A stretch of 62,818 nt of DNA from Chrysemys picta bellii (taxonomy: Eukaryota): NCBI RefSeq assembly GCF_011386835.1, contig NC_088807.1:23064001-23126818 (forward strand). Direction: 5' to 3'. Positions 1 to 10,955 of this stretch are shown piece after piece; position 1 is the stretch's first letter; every line of letters starts with the position of its first letter. The notes beneath the pieces are model-generated. The model searched no databases. It was not told the DNA's origin and saw nothing but the letters and a program-made list of their open reading frames with translations. Made by a program: the position numbers and the translations under genes.

Positions 1-478
1 GGCGACCCCCAGCCTGTGCGTGCGGCCGGCATTCTCTGGTCCCGGACGGACAGGCTGACATGTCACCCAGCTTCCCCAGTGACCCCCGTGGCCCTGACCC
101 GGCCTCTGCTTTATTCCCCCCGCCCCCAGTTCGTCGCCTCTGCAAACATTATCAGGGACGATTTTATGTTTATGGGACTACAACTCCCATGATGCAGTGC
201 AGCCACGTCCCTGCCATGATGCGCGCCTGCCCTACCCAGCGAGATCATGGTGCATCTTGGGAGATGTAGTCTGGCACGGGAGCCTGGCCCACAGAGGATA
301 ATGGGAGCATGAGGCACATGAACTACCGCTCCCACGAGGCACGGTGGTGGCATTTTATTTCCCAGCAGCCCAAGTGCCACGCCCGCTCTAACCACAAGAG
401 GGGAACCAGAGCGCTACAGGGGTTGGTCCCGCCGCACGGGAAGGCCGGTGGCCGTGGTGGGAAGTGGCGGGGACCCAC

Positions 479-1037
479 CTTCAGGGCCGACAGGTCCACG
501 GCCCCCAGGTGGCGCTGCTGGAAGTCCGGGTCGGTGACGTAACGGACGAACAGGTCCGATTTCTCCTGCAGGTAGGCGGCTGTCGGGCGGCGGATCAGGC
601 TGTTCCCCAGCAGTTCCAGGAACATCTCACTCTTCTCTGTGGAGCGGAGAGGCGAGTGCTGCCGTCAGAGGCTGTCTCCCCACCTCCGTCCCCGGTACTG
701 GGAGCCCGGACTCCTGGGTCCTAGCCCAGCTCTGGTTAGAGCAGGGGAGGCCGGTAGCCCGGTCTCCTGGGTTCTAGCCCAGCTCTGGTTAGAGCAGGGG
801 AGGCCGGTAGCCCAGTCTCCTGGGTTCTAGCCCAGCTCTGGTTAGAGCAGGGGAGGCCGGTAGCCCGGTCTCCTGGGTTCTAGCCCAGCTCTGGGTGGGG
901 AGCGGGGTCTAGTGGTCAGAGCCGGGGATTTCGTGACCTTTACCTTGCAGCCCCAATTTCTCCGGAGACTCCAGGGCGAGGCTGAGAAAAAGCAGTTGCC
1001 GGCCCAGCGCCTCGAGGTTATTCTCCACGAGGTAGAA
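479..1037 (-). CDS. DNAAF3: Dynein axonemal assembly factor 3, two internal coding exons (1037-944 and 636-479); the rest of the gene is outside the window or in the gap
   Basis: Spliced translation FYLVENNLEALGRQLLFLSLALESPEKLGLQ|EKSEMFLELLGNSLIRRPTAAYLQEKSDLFVRYVTDPDFQQRHLGAVDLSALK resembles DNAAF3 (human [49 protein letters not shown], recalled). Both exons have AG/GT boundaries; 94 nt and 158 nt are phase compatible. Confidence 0.9.
690..895 (+). repeat. Intronic tandem repeat, ~58 bp x3
   Basis: Repeated ctctggttagagcaggggaggccggtagccc(g/a)gtctcctgggttctagcccag, a variant of the window-wide ggagccaggactcctgggttct family. Confidence 0.85.
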
Positions 1038-1997
1038 CTGAGAAGAGGGAAAGAAAACAAGCTGGGAAGCCCTGGGAAAAGTCGGCGTCCATACAGGGGC
1101 GGGCGTTATAGGTTCCCCCATCCCAGAGGGGCCGTGTCTCCGCGCCGGGCGAGGGGGCCCCGTAGACCCAGCCCCCGCGCCCCCGCGCCGGGCGAGGGAT
1201 CCTTCCATAGACAATGAAAAGCCTGTGAGGAGCTTTGGGATCCCCCTGATATAAACGTGTGTTTCTACATTACAGCCCTGACTTTGCTTGCGAAACCCAC
1301 TAGGCCAGACTGTCACGTCTGCTGCATTAAAGAGCTCGGCTTGTGAAACTGGGAACTCCCGGCGACTCCAGCCCCACCTCTTCCAGCCGGGGGCGCTGTG
1401 GGGGAGCAGGGCAGGAGTGCCAGCTGTAGGGGGGCTCTCAGCAACCCCAGCCCTGTCTCTTCCAACAGGGAGGGCTGTGAGGAGCGGGGCAGGAGCGCCG
1501 GCTGTGGGGGAGAGCTCCTGGCTCCTCCAGCCCCACCTCTCCCAGTAAGGGGCGCTGTGGGGGAGCAGGGCAGGAGTGCCGGCTGTGGGGGGGCTCCCAG
1601 TGACCCCAGCCCCACCTCTCCCAGCAGGGGTACCATGGGTCAGTTGTAATTGCAGAACCCCCAAGATTTCTCCCTTCCGTATCCTTCTCTCCCCTCGGAA
1701 TAACCCTGTGGGTACTGAAGCCCCACGCCCCCCACATCCCCCTGCCAGCCTGGGGACCAGGCGATTCACGGGGGGCACAGCGAGCGGCGGGGAGATCCTC
1801 TGGCACGGAGGGGAGTCCTGGGGGGGGCGTTTAGATAAGAGGCATTGGGGGGGCTGCGGGAGGGGGCCTGGGAGCCGGAACGGACCTCTCCCTGCGCTCA
1901 CCCCCCCACCCCACCCCGTGCCACACGTGCCGCCAGCCTCCAGATGCCCCGCGGAATAAACCGTCCCTGTCTTGCCCGTCAGCCTGATGAGTCCTGA

Positions 1998-2497
1998 NNN
2001 NNNNNNNNNNNNNNNNNNNNNNNNNNNNNNNNNNNNNNNNNNNNNNNNNNNNNNNNNNNNNNNNNNNNNNNNNNNNNNNNNNNNNNNNNNNNNNNNNNNN
2101 NNNNNNNNNNNNNNNNNNNNNNNNNNNNNNNNNNNNNNNNNNNNNNNNNNNNNNNNNNNNNNNNNNNNNNNNNNNNNNNNNNNNNNNNNNNNNNNNNNNN
2201 NNNNNNNNNNNNNNNNNNNNNNNNNNNNNNNNNNNNNNNNNNNNNNNNNNNNNNNNNNNNNNNNNNNNNNNNNNNNNNNNNNNNNNNNNNNNNNNNNNNN
2301 NNNNNNNNNNNNNNNNNNNNNNNNNNNNNNNNNNNNNNNNNNNNNNNNNNNNNNNNNNNNNNNNNNNNNNNNNNNNNNNNNNNNNNNNNNNNNNNNNNNN
2401 NNNNNNNNNNNNNNNNNNNNNNNNNNNNNNNNNNNNNNNNNNNNNNNNNNNNNNNNNNNNNNNNNNNNNNNNNNNNNNNNNNNNNNNNNNNNNNNNN
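1998..2497. other. Assembly gap (500 N)
   Basis: Run of exactly 500 N, probably a placeholder length; it abuts a long minisatellite. Confidence 0.99.
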
Positions 2498-5400
2498 GGC
2501 CCCGAATCCCCCGCGCCGGGACCCCCCTAACCCCCCCCGGGGGCCCTGAATCCCCCACGCCGGGACCCCCCCATAACCCCCCCCGGGGGCCCTGAATCCC
2601 CGGGCCGGGACCCCCCATAACCCCCCCCGGGGGCCCTGAATCCCCGGGCCGGGACCCCCCCATAACCCCCCCCCCGGGGGTCCTGAGTCCCCCGGGCCGG
2701 GACCCCCCCTAACCCCCCCCCGGGGGCCCTGAATCCCCCGGGCCGGGACCCCCCCATAACCCCCCCCCCCGGGGCCCTGAATCCCCCCGGGCCGGGACCC
2801 CCCCCCCATAACCCCCCCCCCCGGGGCCCTGAATCCCCCGCGCCGGGACCCCCCCCATAACCCCCCCCCGGGGCCCTGAACCCCCCGCGCCGGGACCCCC
2901 CCCATAACCCCCCCCCGGGGCCCTGAACCCCCCGCGCCGGGACCCCCCCATAACCCCCCCCCCGGGGCCCTGAACCCCCCGCGCCGGGACCCCCCCCAAA
3001 ACCCCCCCGGGGCCCTGAACCCCCCGCGCCGGGACCCCCCCCATAACCCCCCCCGGGGCCCTGAATCCCCCGCGCCGGGACCCCCCCATAACCCCCCCCC
3101 CGGGGCCCTGAATCCCCCGCGCCGGGACCCCCCCCATAACCCCCCCGGGCCCTGAACCCCCCGCGCCGGGACCCCCCCCATAACCACCCCCCCCGGGGGC
3201 CCTGCATCCCCCGCCCCGGGACCCCCCCATAACCCCCCCCGGGGCCCCGAATCCCCCGGCGCCGGGACCCCACCCCATAACCCCCCCCCGGGCCCTGAAC
3301 CCCCCGCGCCGGGACCCCCCCCATAACCCCCCCCGGGGCCCTGAACCCCCCGCGCCGGGACCCCCCATAACCCCCCCCGGGGCCCTGAATCCCCCGCGCC
3401 GGGACCCCCCCCCATCACCCCCCCCCCCGGGGCCCTGAATCCCCGCGCCGGGACCCCCCCCATAACCCCCCCCATAACCCCCCCCCGGGGCCCGAATCCC
3501 CCGCGCCGGGACCCCCCCCCATAACCCCCCCCCGGGGCCCTGAACCCCCCGCGCCGGGACCCCCCCCATAACCCCCCCCGGGGCCCTGAATCCCCCGCCC
3601 GGGACCCCCCCCATAACCCCCCCCCCCGGGGCCCTGAATCCCCGCGCCGGGACCCCCCCATCACCCCCCCCCCCCGGGCCCTGAATCCCCCGCGCCGGAC
3701 CCCCCCCCCCATCACCCCCCCCCCGGGCCCTGGAATCCCCCGCGCCGGGACCCCCCCCCATCACCCCCCCCCCCGGGGCCTGAATCCCCGCGCCGGGACC
3801 CCCCTAACCCCCCCCCCCCGGGCCCTGAATCCCCCGCGCCGGGACCCCCCCCCATAACCCCCCCCCCGGAGCCCCGAATCCCCCGCGCCGGGACCCCCCC
3901 ATAAACCCCCCCCCGGGCCCTGAATCCCCCGCGCCGGGACCCCCCCCCATCACCCCCCCCCCCGGGCCCTGAATCCCCCGCGCCGGGAGCCCCCCCCATC
4001 ACCCCCCCCCCGGGGCCCTGAATCCCCCGCGCCGGGACCCCCCCCCATCACCCCCCCCCCCCCGGGGCCTGAATCCCCCGCGCCGGGACCCCCCCCTAAC
4101 CCCCCCCCCGGGGCCCTGAATCCCCCGCGCCGGGACCCCCCCCATAACCCCCCCCCCGGAGCCCCGAATCCCCCGCGCCGGGGACCCCCCCCCTAACACC
4201 CCCCCCCGGGGCCCGGAACCCCCCGCGCCGGGACCCCCCCCATAACCCCCCCCCCCCGGGGCCCTGAATCCCCCGCGCCGGGACCCCCCCCCATCACCCC
4301 CCCCCCGGGGCCCTGAATCCCCCGCGCCGGGACCCCCCCCCATCACCCCCCCCCGGGGCCCTGAATCCCCCGCGCCGGGACCCCCCCCCATCACCCCCCC
4401 CCGGGGCCCTGAATCCCCCGCGCCGGGACCCCCCCCCATCACCCCCCCCCCCCGGGGCCCTGAATCCCCCGCGCCGGGACCCCCCCCCATCACCACCCCC
4501 CCCCGGGGCCCCGAATCCCCCGCGCCGGGACCCCCCCTAACCCCCCCCCCCGGGGCCCTGAATCCCCCGCGCCGGGACCCCCCCCCATAACCCCCCCCCC
4601 GGGGGCCCTGAATCCCCCGCGCCGGGACCCCCCCTAACCCCCCCCCCCGGGGCCCTGAATCCCCCGGGCCGGGACCCCCCCCCATAACCCCCCCCCCGGG
4701 GCCCTGAACCCCCCGCGCCGGGACCCCCCCCATAACCCCCCCCCCCGGGGCCCTGAACCCCCCGCGCCGGGACCCCCCCCATAACCACCCCCCCCCGGGG
4801 CCCTGAATCCCCCGCGCCGGGACCCCCCCCCGTAACCCCCCCCCCGGGGGCCCTGAACCCCCCGCGCCGGGACCCCCCCCCGTAACCCCCCCCCGGGGCC
4901 CTGAATCCCCCGAGCCGGGACCCCCCCCATAACCCCCCCCCCGGGGCCCTGAATCCCCCGGGCCGGGACCCCCCCATAACCCCCCCCCCGGGGCCCTGAA
5001 TCCCCCGGGCCGGGACCCCCCCATAACCCCCCCCCCCCGGGGCCCCGAATCCCCCGCGCCGGGACCCCCCCAGACCCCCCCCCCCGGGGCCCTGAATCCC
5101 CCGGGCCGGGACCCCCCCAGACCCCCCCCCGGGGGCCCTGAATCCCCCACGCCGGGACCCCCCCATAACCCCCCCCGGGGGCCCTGAATCCCCCGGGCCG
5201 GGACCCCCCATAACCCCCCCGGGGGCCCTGAATCCCCCGGGCCGGGACCCCCCCATAACCCCCCCCCCGGGGCCCCGAATCCCCCGCGCCGGGACCCCTC
5301 CAGACCCCCCCCCGGGGCCCCGAATCCCCCGCGCCGGGACCCCCCCCAGACCCCCCCCCGGGGCCCTGAATCCCCGCGCCGGGACCCCCCCATAACCCCC

Positions 5401-6812
5401 CCAGGGGGCCCTGAATCCCCCGCGCCGGGACCCCCCCATAACCCCCCCCCCGGGGCCCTGAATCCCCCGCGCCAGGACCCCCCCTAACCCCCCCCCCCGG
5501 GGCCCTGAATCCCCCGCGCCGGGACCCCCCCCATAACCCCCCCCCGGAGCCCTGAATCCCCCGCGCCGGGACCCCCCCATAACCCCCCCCCTGGAGCCCT
5601 GAACCCCCCGGGGCCCCCCCATAACCCCCCCCGGGGCCTGAATCCCCCGCGCCGGGACCCCCCCCATACCCCCCCCGGGGCCCTGAATCCCCCGCGCCGG
5701 GACCCCCCCAGACCCCCCACCCCCGGGGCCCTGAATCCCCCGCGCCGGGACCCCCCCAGACCCCCCCCCCGGGGCCCTGAATCCCCCGGGCCGGGACCCC
5801 CCCTGACCCCCCCCCCCGGGGCCCTGAATCCCCCGCGCCGGGACCCCCCCTGACCCCCCCCCCGGGGCCCTGAATCCCCCGCGCCGGGACCCCCCCTAAC
5901 CCCCCCCCCCGGGGCCCTGAATCCCCCGGGCCGGGACCCCCCCATAACCCCCCCCCCGGGGTCCCGAATCCCCCGCGCCGGGACCCCCCCATAACCCCCC
6001 CCCCCGGGGTCCCGAATCCCCCGCGCCGGGACCCCCCCCATAACCCGCCCCCCCGGGGCCCCGAATCCCCCGCGCCGGGACCCCCCCCCATAACCCCGCC
6101 CCCCGGGGCCCCGAATCCCCCGCGCCGGGACCCCCCCCATAACCCGCCCCCCGGGGCCCCGAATCCCCCGCGCCGGGACCCCCCCCATAACCCCCCCCCC
6201 GGGGCCCCGAATCCCCCTGGCCGGGACCTCCCCATAACCCCCCCCCCCCCGGGGCCCCGAATCCCCCGCGCCGGGACCCCCCCCATAACCCCCCCCCGGG
6301 GTCCTGAATCCCCCCGCGCCGGGACCCCCCCCCATAACCCCCCCCGGGGTCCTGAATCCCCCCGCGCCGGGACCCCCCCATAACCCCCCCCCCCGGGGTC
6401 CTGAATCCCCCCGCGCCGGGACACCCCCCGCATAACCCCCCCCCCGGGGCCCTGAATCCCCCGCGCTGGGACCCCCCCATAACCCCTCCCCCGGGGCCCT
6501 GAATCCCCCGCGCCGGGACCCCCCCCATAACCCCTCCCCCGGGGCCCTGAATCCCCCGCGCCGGGACCCCCCCCATAACCCCCCCCCCGGGGGCCCTGAC
6601 TCCCCCGCGCCGGGGCCCCCCCCATAACCCCCCCCCTGGGGGGCCCTGAATCCCCCGCGCCGGGGCCCCCCCCATAACCCTCCCCCGGGGGGCCCTGAGT
6701 CCCCCGCGCCGGGGCCCCCCCCATAACCCCCCCCCCGGGGCCCCGAATCCCCCGCGCCGGGACCCCCCCCCCCCCACCATAACCTTCTCCCCCCGCCCCC
6801 TCCCGGGGGCCC
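2498..6812. repeat. C-rich (plus) / G-rich (minus) minisatellite, ~46-bp unit, roughly 90-95 copies
   Basis: Unit approximately ggggccctgaatcccccgcgccgggaccccccccataacccccccccc with variable homopolymer lengths. It generates the Gly-rich pseudo-ORFs. Confidence 0.97.
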
Positions 6813-6938
6813 TGAGCATTGGCCTGCTAAACCTAGGATTGTGAGTTCAACCCTTGAGGGGGCCATTTAGGGATCTGGGGCAAAAATCTGGGGATTGGTC
6901 CTGCTTTGAGCAGGGGGTTGAACTAGAACCTCCTGAGG
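6813..6938 (+). mobile_element. Truncated tortoise-type Pol III (tRNA-derived) SINE with CR1-like 3' part
   Basis: tgagcattggcctgctaaacctaggattgtgagttcaacccttgagggggccatttagggatctggggcaaaaatctggggattggtcctgctttgagcagggggttgaactaga matches the recalled turtle SINE. It has a B-box-like gagttcaaccc; the 5' A box and 3' tail are missing. Confidence 0.8.
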
Positions 6939-7011
6939 ACTCCCATAGACCCCCAGGACTCCCCCATTGAGCCCTGGACTTGACTGGGACCCACAGCGAC
7001 CCTTCCCCCCG

Positions 7012-8032
7012 TTAGGGACTCCCTAAGGCCCCCCAACCAGACTCCTGGGTTCTCTCGCCACCTCTGCCACTGCCTGGCCATGTGACAGTGGAGGGGCGAG
7101 TCCCTTCTCGTGCCTCAGTTTCCCTCCTCTGAAGTGGGGCCCAGGGTGAGGAATTGTAGGGGCGAAGGTGCATCCGGCGCATGGAGGCGGAGGGGCTCCG
7201 CATGAACCTGGGGTGGGTGGATGTCCTAGCGGCTGTGGCCCCCGTGGGCCGCTCTCTGGGCAGGCCACGGCTGGTGCGGCTCCTGGCGTCGGGCTGACCT
7301 GGCCGCCGGATGGGTGAAAGCACCATGGAGGTGGCTGGGTGGCAACGTGCCAAGGCCCGGGCGGAGTGCTCCATCTCCGTGCCATGGCGGGTGTCAAGCG
7401 TCGATAGCAACTGGGGGGAGCGGGACGTTTCTGGTACCTGGGTGACAGAATTTCTAACCCGTGTATTGCGGGGCAGTGGGGCAGGGAATGGGGCCTGGGG
7501 CCTGTCCCCTCTAAGAGGCGCAGGCTCCCATGTAGCCCCAGGGCAGGGACTGGCTGGCTCAGGGGGGTGGGGAATGGGGCACGGGGGTGTCTTTCGTTCC
7601 AGTCGGGACTCTCATCATTAATCACGTTTCATTCACCAGTGCCCAGGCTCTGATGTGCTAGGTGCTGTACAGAGTAGCACAGTCCCCTGCCCAAAGCACT
7701 CAGCAGCTAAATACTCCTGCTAGGAGCTGAGACCTGCCGGGGGCCGAGTGGGGTCAATCTGGAGTGACTCCCCCACCCCGCACAATCTGGGTCTGAAATT
7801 GGAGTGTAATCAGCGTAACCTCAGTGTGTCTCCAGCCCTCCCCTCTCTTTCATTCGCCACCCAGCCGGGTTTCCATAAGCCCCGTGCCAGGCAGGCATTA
7901 TTCTAAGATAGCGACTGTTCAGCCTTTGCTGGTAGCAGCCGGCTCAGTGCTGGTCCGGGGAGCCCCAAGTTCAAATCTCACCATGGAAGGGCCGGTGGGC
8001 GGTGCCTCGGTTTCAGCTTTGGACTCTCCCAT
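7012..8032 (-). CDS. Candidate unidentified spliced gene (exons 8032-7982 and 7410-7012 or shorter)
   Basis: Strong Kozak accgccATGG at 8032, 17 codons, donor ATG|GTGAGA, acceptor ctccccccag|TTG at 7410 in phase 0, then open to 7012. No family recognised; the last third of the ORF is repeat-derived. Confidence 0.35.
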
Positions 8033-8101
8033 GGCGGTGCTGCTGGGGCCGTTTGGAAGGGCAGGGAGTGGGGGACGCGCACGGGCCTGCACCGGGGAGG
8101 C

Positions 8102-9650
8102 TGGGTCCCTGCCCAGCTGAGATCGGGGCCCCATCATGCCGGGCGCCGCCCAGACCCAGCGAGAGGGTCCCTGCCCAGCTGAGATACGGGCCCCGTCGTG
8201 CCGGGTGCCACCCAGACCCAGCGAGAGAGGGTCCCTGCCCAGCTGAGATCAGGGCCCCGTCGTGCCGGGCGCCGCCCAGACCCAGCGAGAGAGGGTCCCT
8301 GCCAGCTGAGATCAGGGCCCCGTCGTGCCGGGCGCCGCCCAGACCCAGCGAGGGGGTCCCTGCCCAGCTGAGATCAGGGCCCTGTTGTGCTGGGCGCTGA
8401 CCAGACCCAGCGAGGGGGTCCCTGCCCAGCTGAGATCAGGGCCCTGTCATACCGGGTGCTGCCCAGACCCAGCGAGGGGGGTCCCTGCCCAGCTGAGATC
8501 AGGGCCCTGTCATACCGGGTGCTGCCCAGACCCAGCGAGGGGGTCCCTGCCCAGCTGAGATCAGGGCCCCGTCGTGCCGGGCGCCGCCCAGACCCAGCGA
8601 GGGGGGTCCCTGCCCAGCTGAGATCAGGGCCCTGTTGTGCTGGGCGCCGCCCAGACCCAGCGAGAGGGTCCCTGCCCAGCTGAGATCAGGGCCCTGTCAT
8701 ACCGGGTGCTGCCCAGACCCAGCGAGGGGGTCCCTGCCCAGCTAAGATCAGGGCCCTGTCGTGCCGGGTGCTGCCCAGACCCAGCGAGGGGGTCCCTGCC
8801 CAGCTGAGATCAGGGCCCCGTCGTGCCGGGCGCCGCCCAGACCCAGCAAGAGGGGGTCCCTGCCCAGCTGAGATCAGGGCCCTGTCGTGCCGGGTGCTGC
8901 CCAGACCCAGCGAGGGGGGTCCCTGCCCAGCTGAGATCAGTGCCCCGTCGTGCCGGGCGCCGCCCAGACCCAGCGAGGGGGTCCCTCTGCCCAGCTGAGA
9001 TCAGGGCCCCGTCGTGCCGGGCGCCGCCCAGACCCAGCGAGGGGGGTCCCTGCCCAGCTGAGATCAGGGCCCCGTCGTGCCGGGTGCCGCCCAGACCCAG
9101 CGAGAGGGTCCCTGCCCAGCTGAGATCAGGGCCCCGTCGTGCCGGGCGCCGCCCAGACCCAGCGAGAGGGTCCCTGCCCAGCTGAGATCAGGGCCCTGTC
9201 ATACCGGGTGCTGCCCAGACCCAGCGAGGGGGTCCCTGCCCAGCTGAGATCAGGGCCCTGTCATACTGGGCGCTGCCCAGACCCAGCGAGGGGGGTTCCT
9301 GCCCAGCTGAGATCAGGGCCCCGTCGTGCCAGGTGCTGCCCAGACCCAGCGAGGGGGTCCCTGCCCAGCTGAGCTCAGGGCCCCGTCGTGCCGGGCGCCG
9401 CCCAGACCCAGCGAGGGGGTCCCTGCCCAGCTGAGATCAGGACCCCGTTGTGCCGGGCGCCGCCCAGACCCAGCGAGAGGGTCCCTGCCCAGCTGAGATC
9501 AGGGCCCTGTCATACTGGGCGCTGCCCAGACCCAGCGAGGGGGTCCCTGCCCAGCTGAGATCAGGGCCCTGTCATACTGGGCGCTGCCCAGACCCAGCGA
9601 GGGGGGTCCCTGCCCAGCTGAGCTCAGGACCCTGTTGCGCCAGGCGCTGC
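8102..9650. repeat. Minisatellite, ~58-59-bp unit, roughly 26 copies
   Basis: Unit gggtccctgcccagctgagatcagggccccgtcgtgccgggcgccgcccagacccagcgagg. Confidence 0.95.
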
Positions 9651-10150
9651 CTAGAGCCAGCCGCAGGCTGTGCACAGGCAGGTCCCCGAGGCTAAGGGGC
9701 AGTGTGGGGCGCCGGCGGGGAGCTGGAGGCGGAAGGTTGGGGTTCTGGGGTGTGGCCCCCGCCCCTCGCACGCTCTGTTCTGCTCTCCTGTCACTGTCTC
9801 TCTCCCCTTCTGCAAACCCATTTCCTGTCGCTTCCGTTACTCTTGCAGCGCCCAAAGCCGGCCGCCCGGGGACCCAGGCCTCCGCAGCTGTATCTGCCGG
9901 CCTCGTGCTTCCCCTGCCCGGCGCGGCCTGGCTGGGCTCTGGAGGGAAGCTGGCTGCCGCAGGGGTAGGGCTGCGAACGGGGCTGCGTGGGCGGGAGGGG
10001 GGGGCCGGAGCCTGTTTGTTAACCTTGCGGCGATGGCTGTTAGCCTCACCCGGGAGGGAGGCTGGCCTAGTGTGAGGGCGTGGGAGAGCTGCGTGTGAGC
10101 GCTGGCTCCAGGGCGGCTGCTGAGTCCACGCTGCGCGGGGCGCGTGGGGG
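9630..10150 (+). promoter_or_regulatory. CpG-rich region, probable PPP6R1 promoter / non-coding first exon
   Basis: CpG-dense, non-repetitive sequence upstream of the ATG-containing exon. That exon begins with a splice acceptor (10950), so an upstream 5' UTR exon is required; its limits were not determined. Confidence 0.4.
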
Positions 10151-10955
10151 TGGGGGGGGGTGTCCTGCCTTCATCTGTGTAGGTTCAGGCCCAGGGCTGT
10201 GTCTTGTCTGTGCAGCGCCGGGCGTGATGGGGCCCTGATCTCAGTTGGGCAGGGGGGACGGGATGTGTGTGTCTGTGCAGCGCCTGGCGCGCTGGGGCCC
10301 TGAACTCAGACATTTCTAACATGAACAGGTTGGTGAGTGGGGGGCCCGCAGGGCATGTGATGGACGGGCCCTCGTCCCTGCTCCCCCCGTGCACCATGGT
10401 TTGAGGGTCGCCCCCCTTCCTGATTGTGAGCCACTCCCTGCCCCCAGCCGCTGTGGGTCTGAGCTGGTCTCCCCTGCTGGCCTGGGACTGATCAGAGCAT
10501 CCCTGTAGGAAACCGGAGAGAGATCTGGGTGGTGGTGGGCGCTGGCTCCCATCCGGCCCCAGGGCAGGGACTGGCTGGCTCAGGGGGCAGGGAATGGGGC
10601 CCAGGGCTTTCCCCTATGGGGTGCCGGCTCCCATCCGGCCCCGATCAAGTTGCAGGAGGGGGGTGTCTATGAAGCATCTGGCCCTTGTCGACGTGTGTGT
10701 GTGGGGGTGTCCCTGATCTCTGTCGTTGCCCCAACCTCACCTGTCCAGATCTCTAGGGCAGAGTGTGTGACTGACCCACGTGGGGCTGAATTCGGGGGGA
10801 GGGAGGGAACTCCGAGGGGAGGGGTGGGCCCTTGGGCAGAAGGGGTGGTCCGGGCTGGGGACTGGCCTCCCCGAGCCCGGAGTTCGGTCGCCGCCTGTGC
10901 TGTGGGGGATCTGTGGCCGCTGACCCCCCCTTTCCGCGCCCCCCCGCAGGGCGCC

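Noticed and set aside
1640-1997. Search for DNAAF3 5' exons (WWG..PALDLQ; LLLGS.DGRH) left of the gap; GMWGAWGFST in the minus-strand ORF
   Set aside because: No convincing match or splice context; probably chance similarity.
909-6866. Long Gly/Pro/Arg-rich ORFs (up to 696 aa) on the minus strand
   Set aside because: Open in several frames at once because the minisatellite lacks stops; some span Ns. Not genes.
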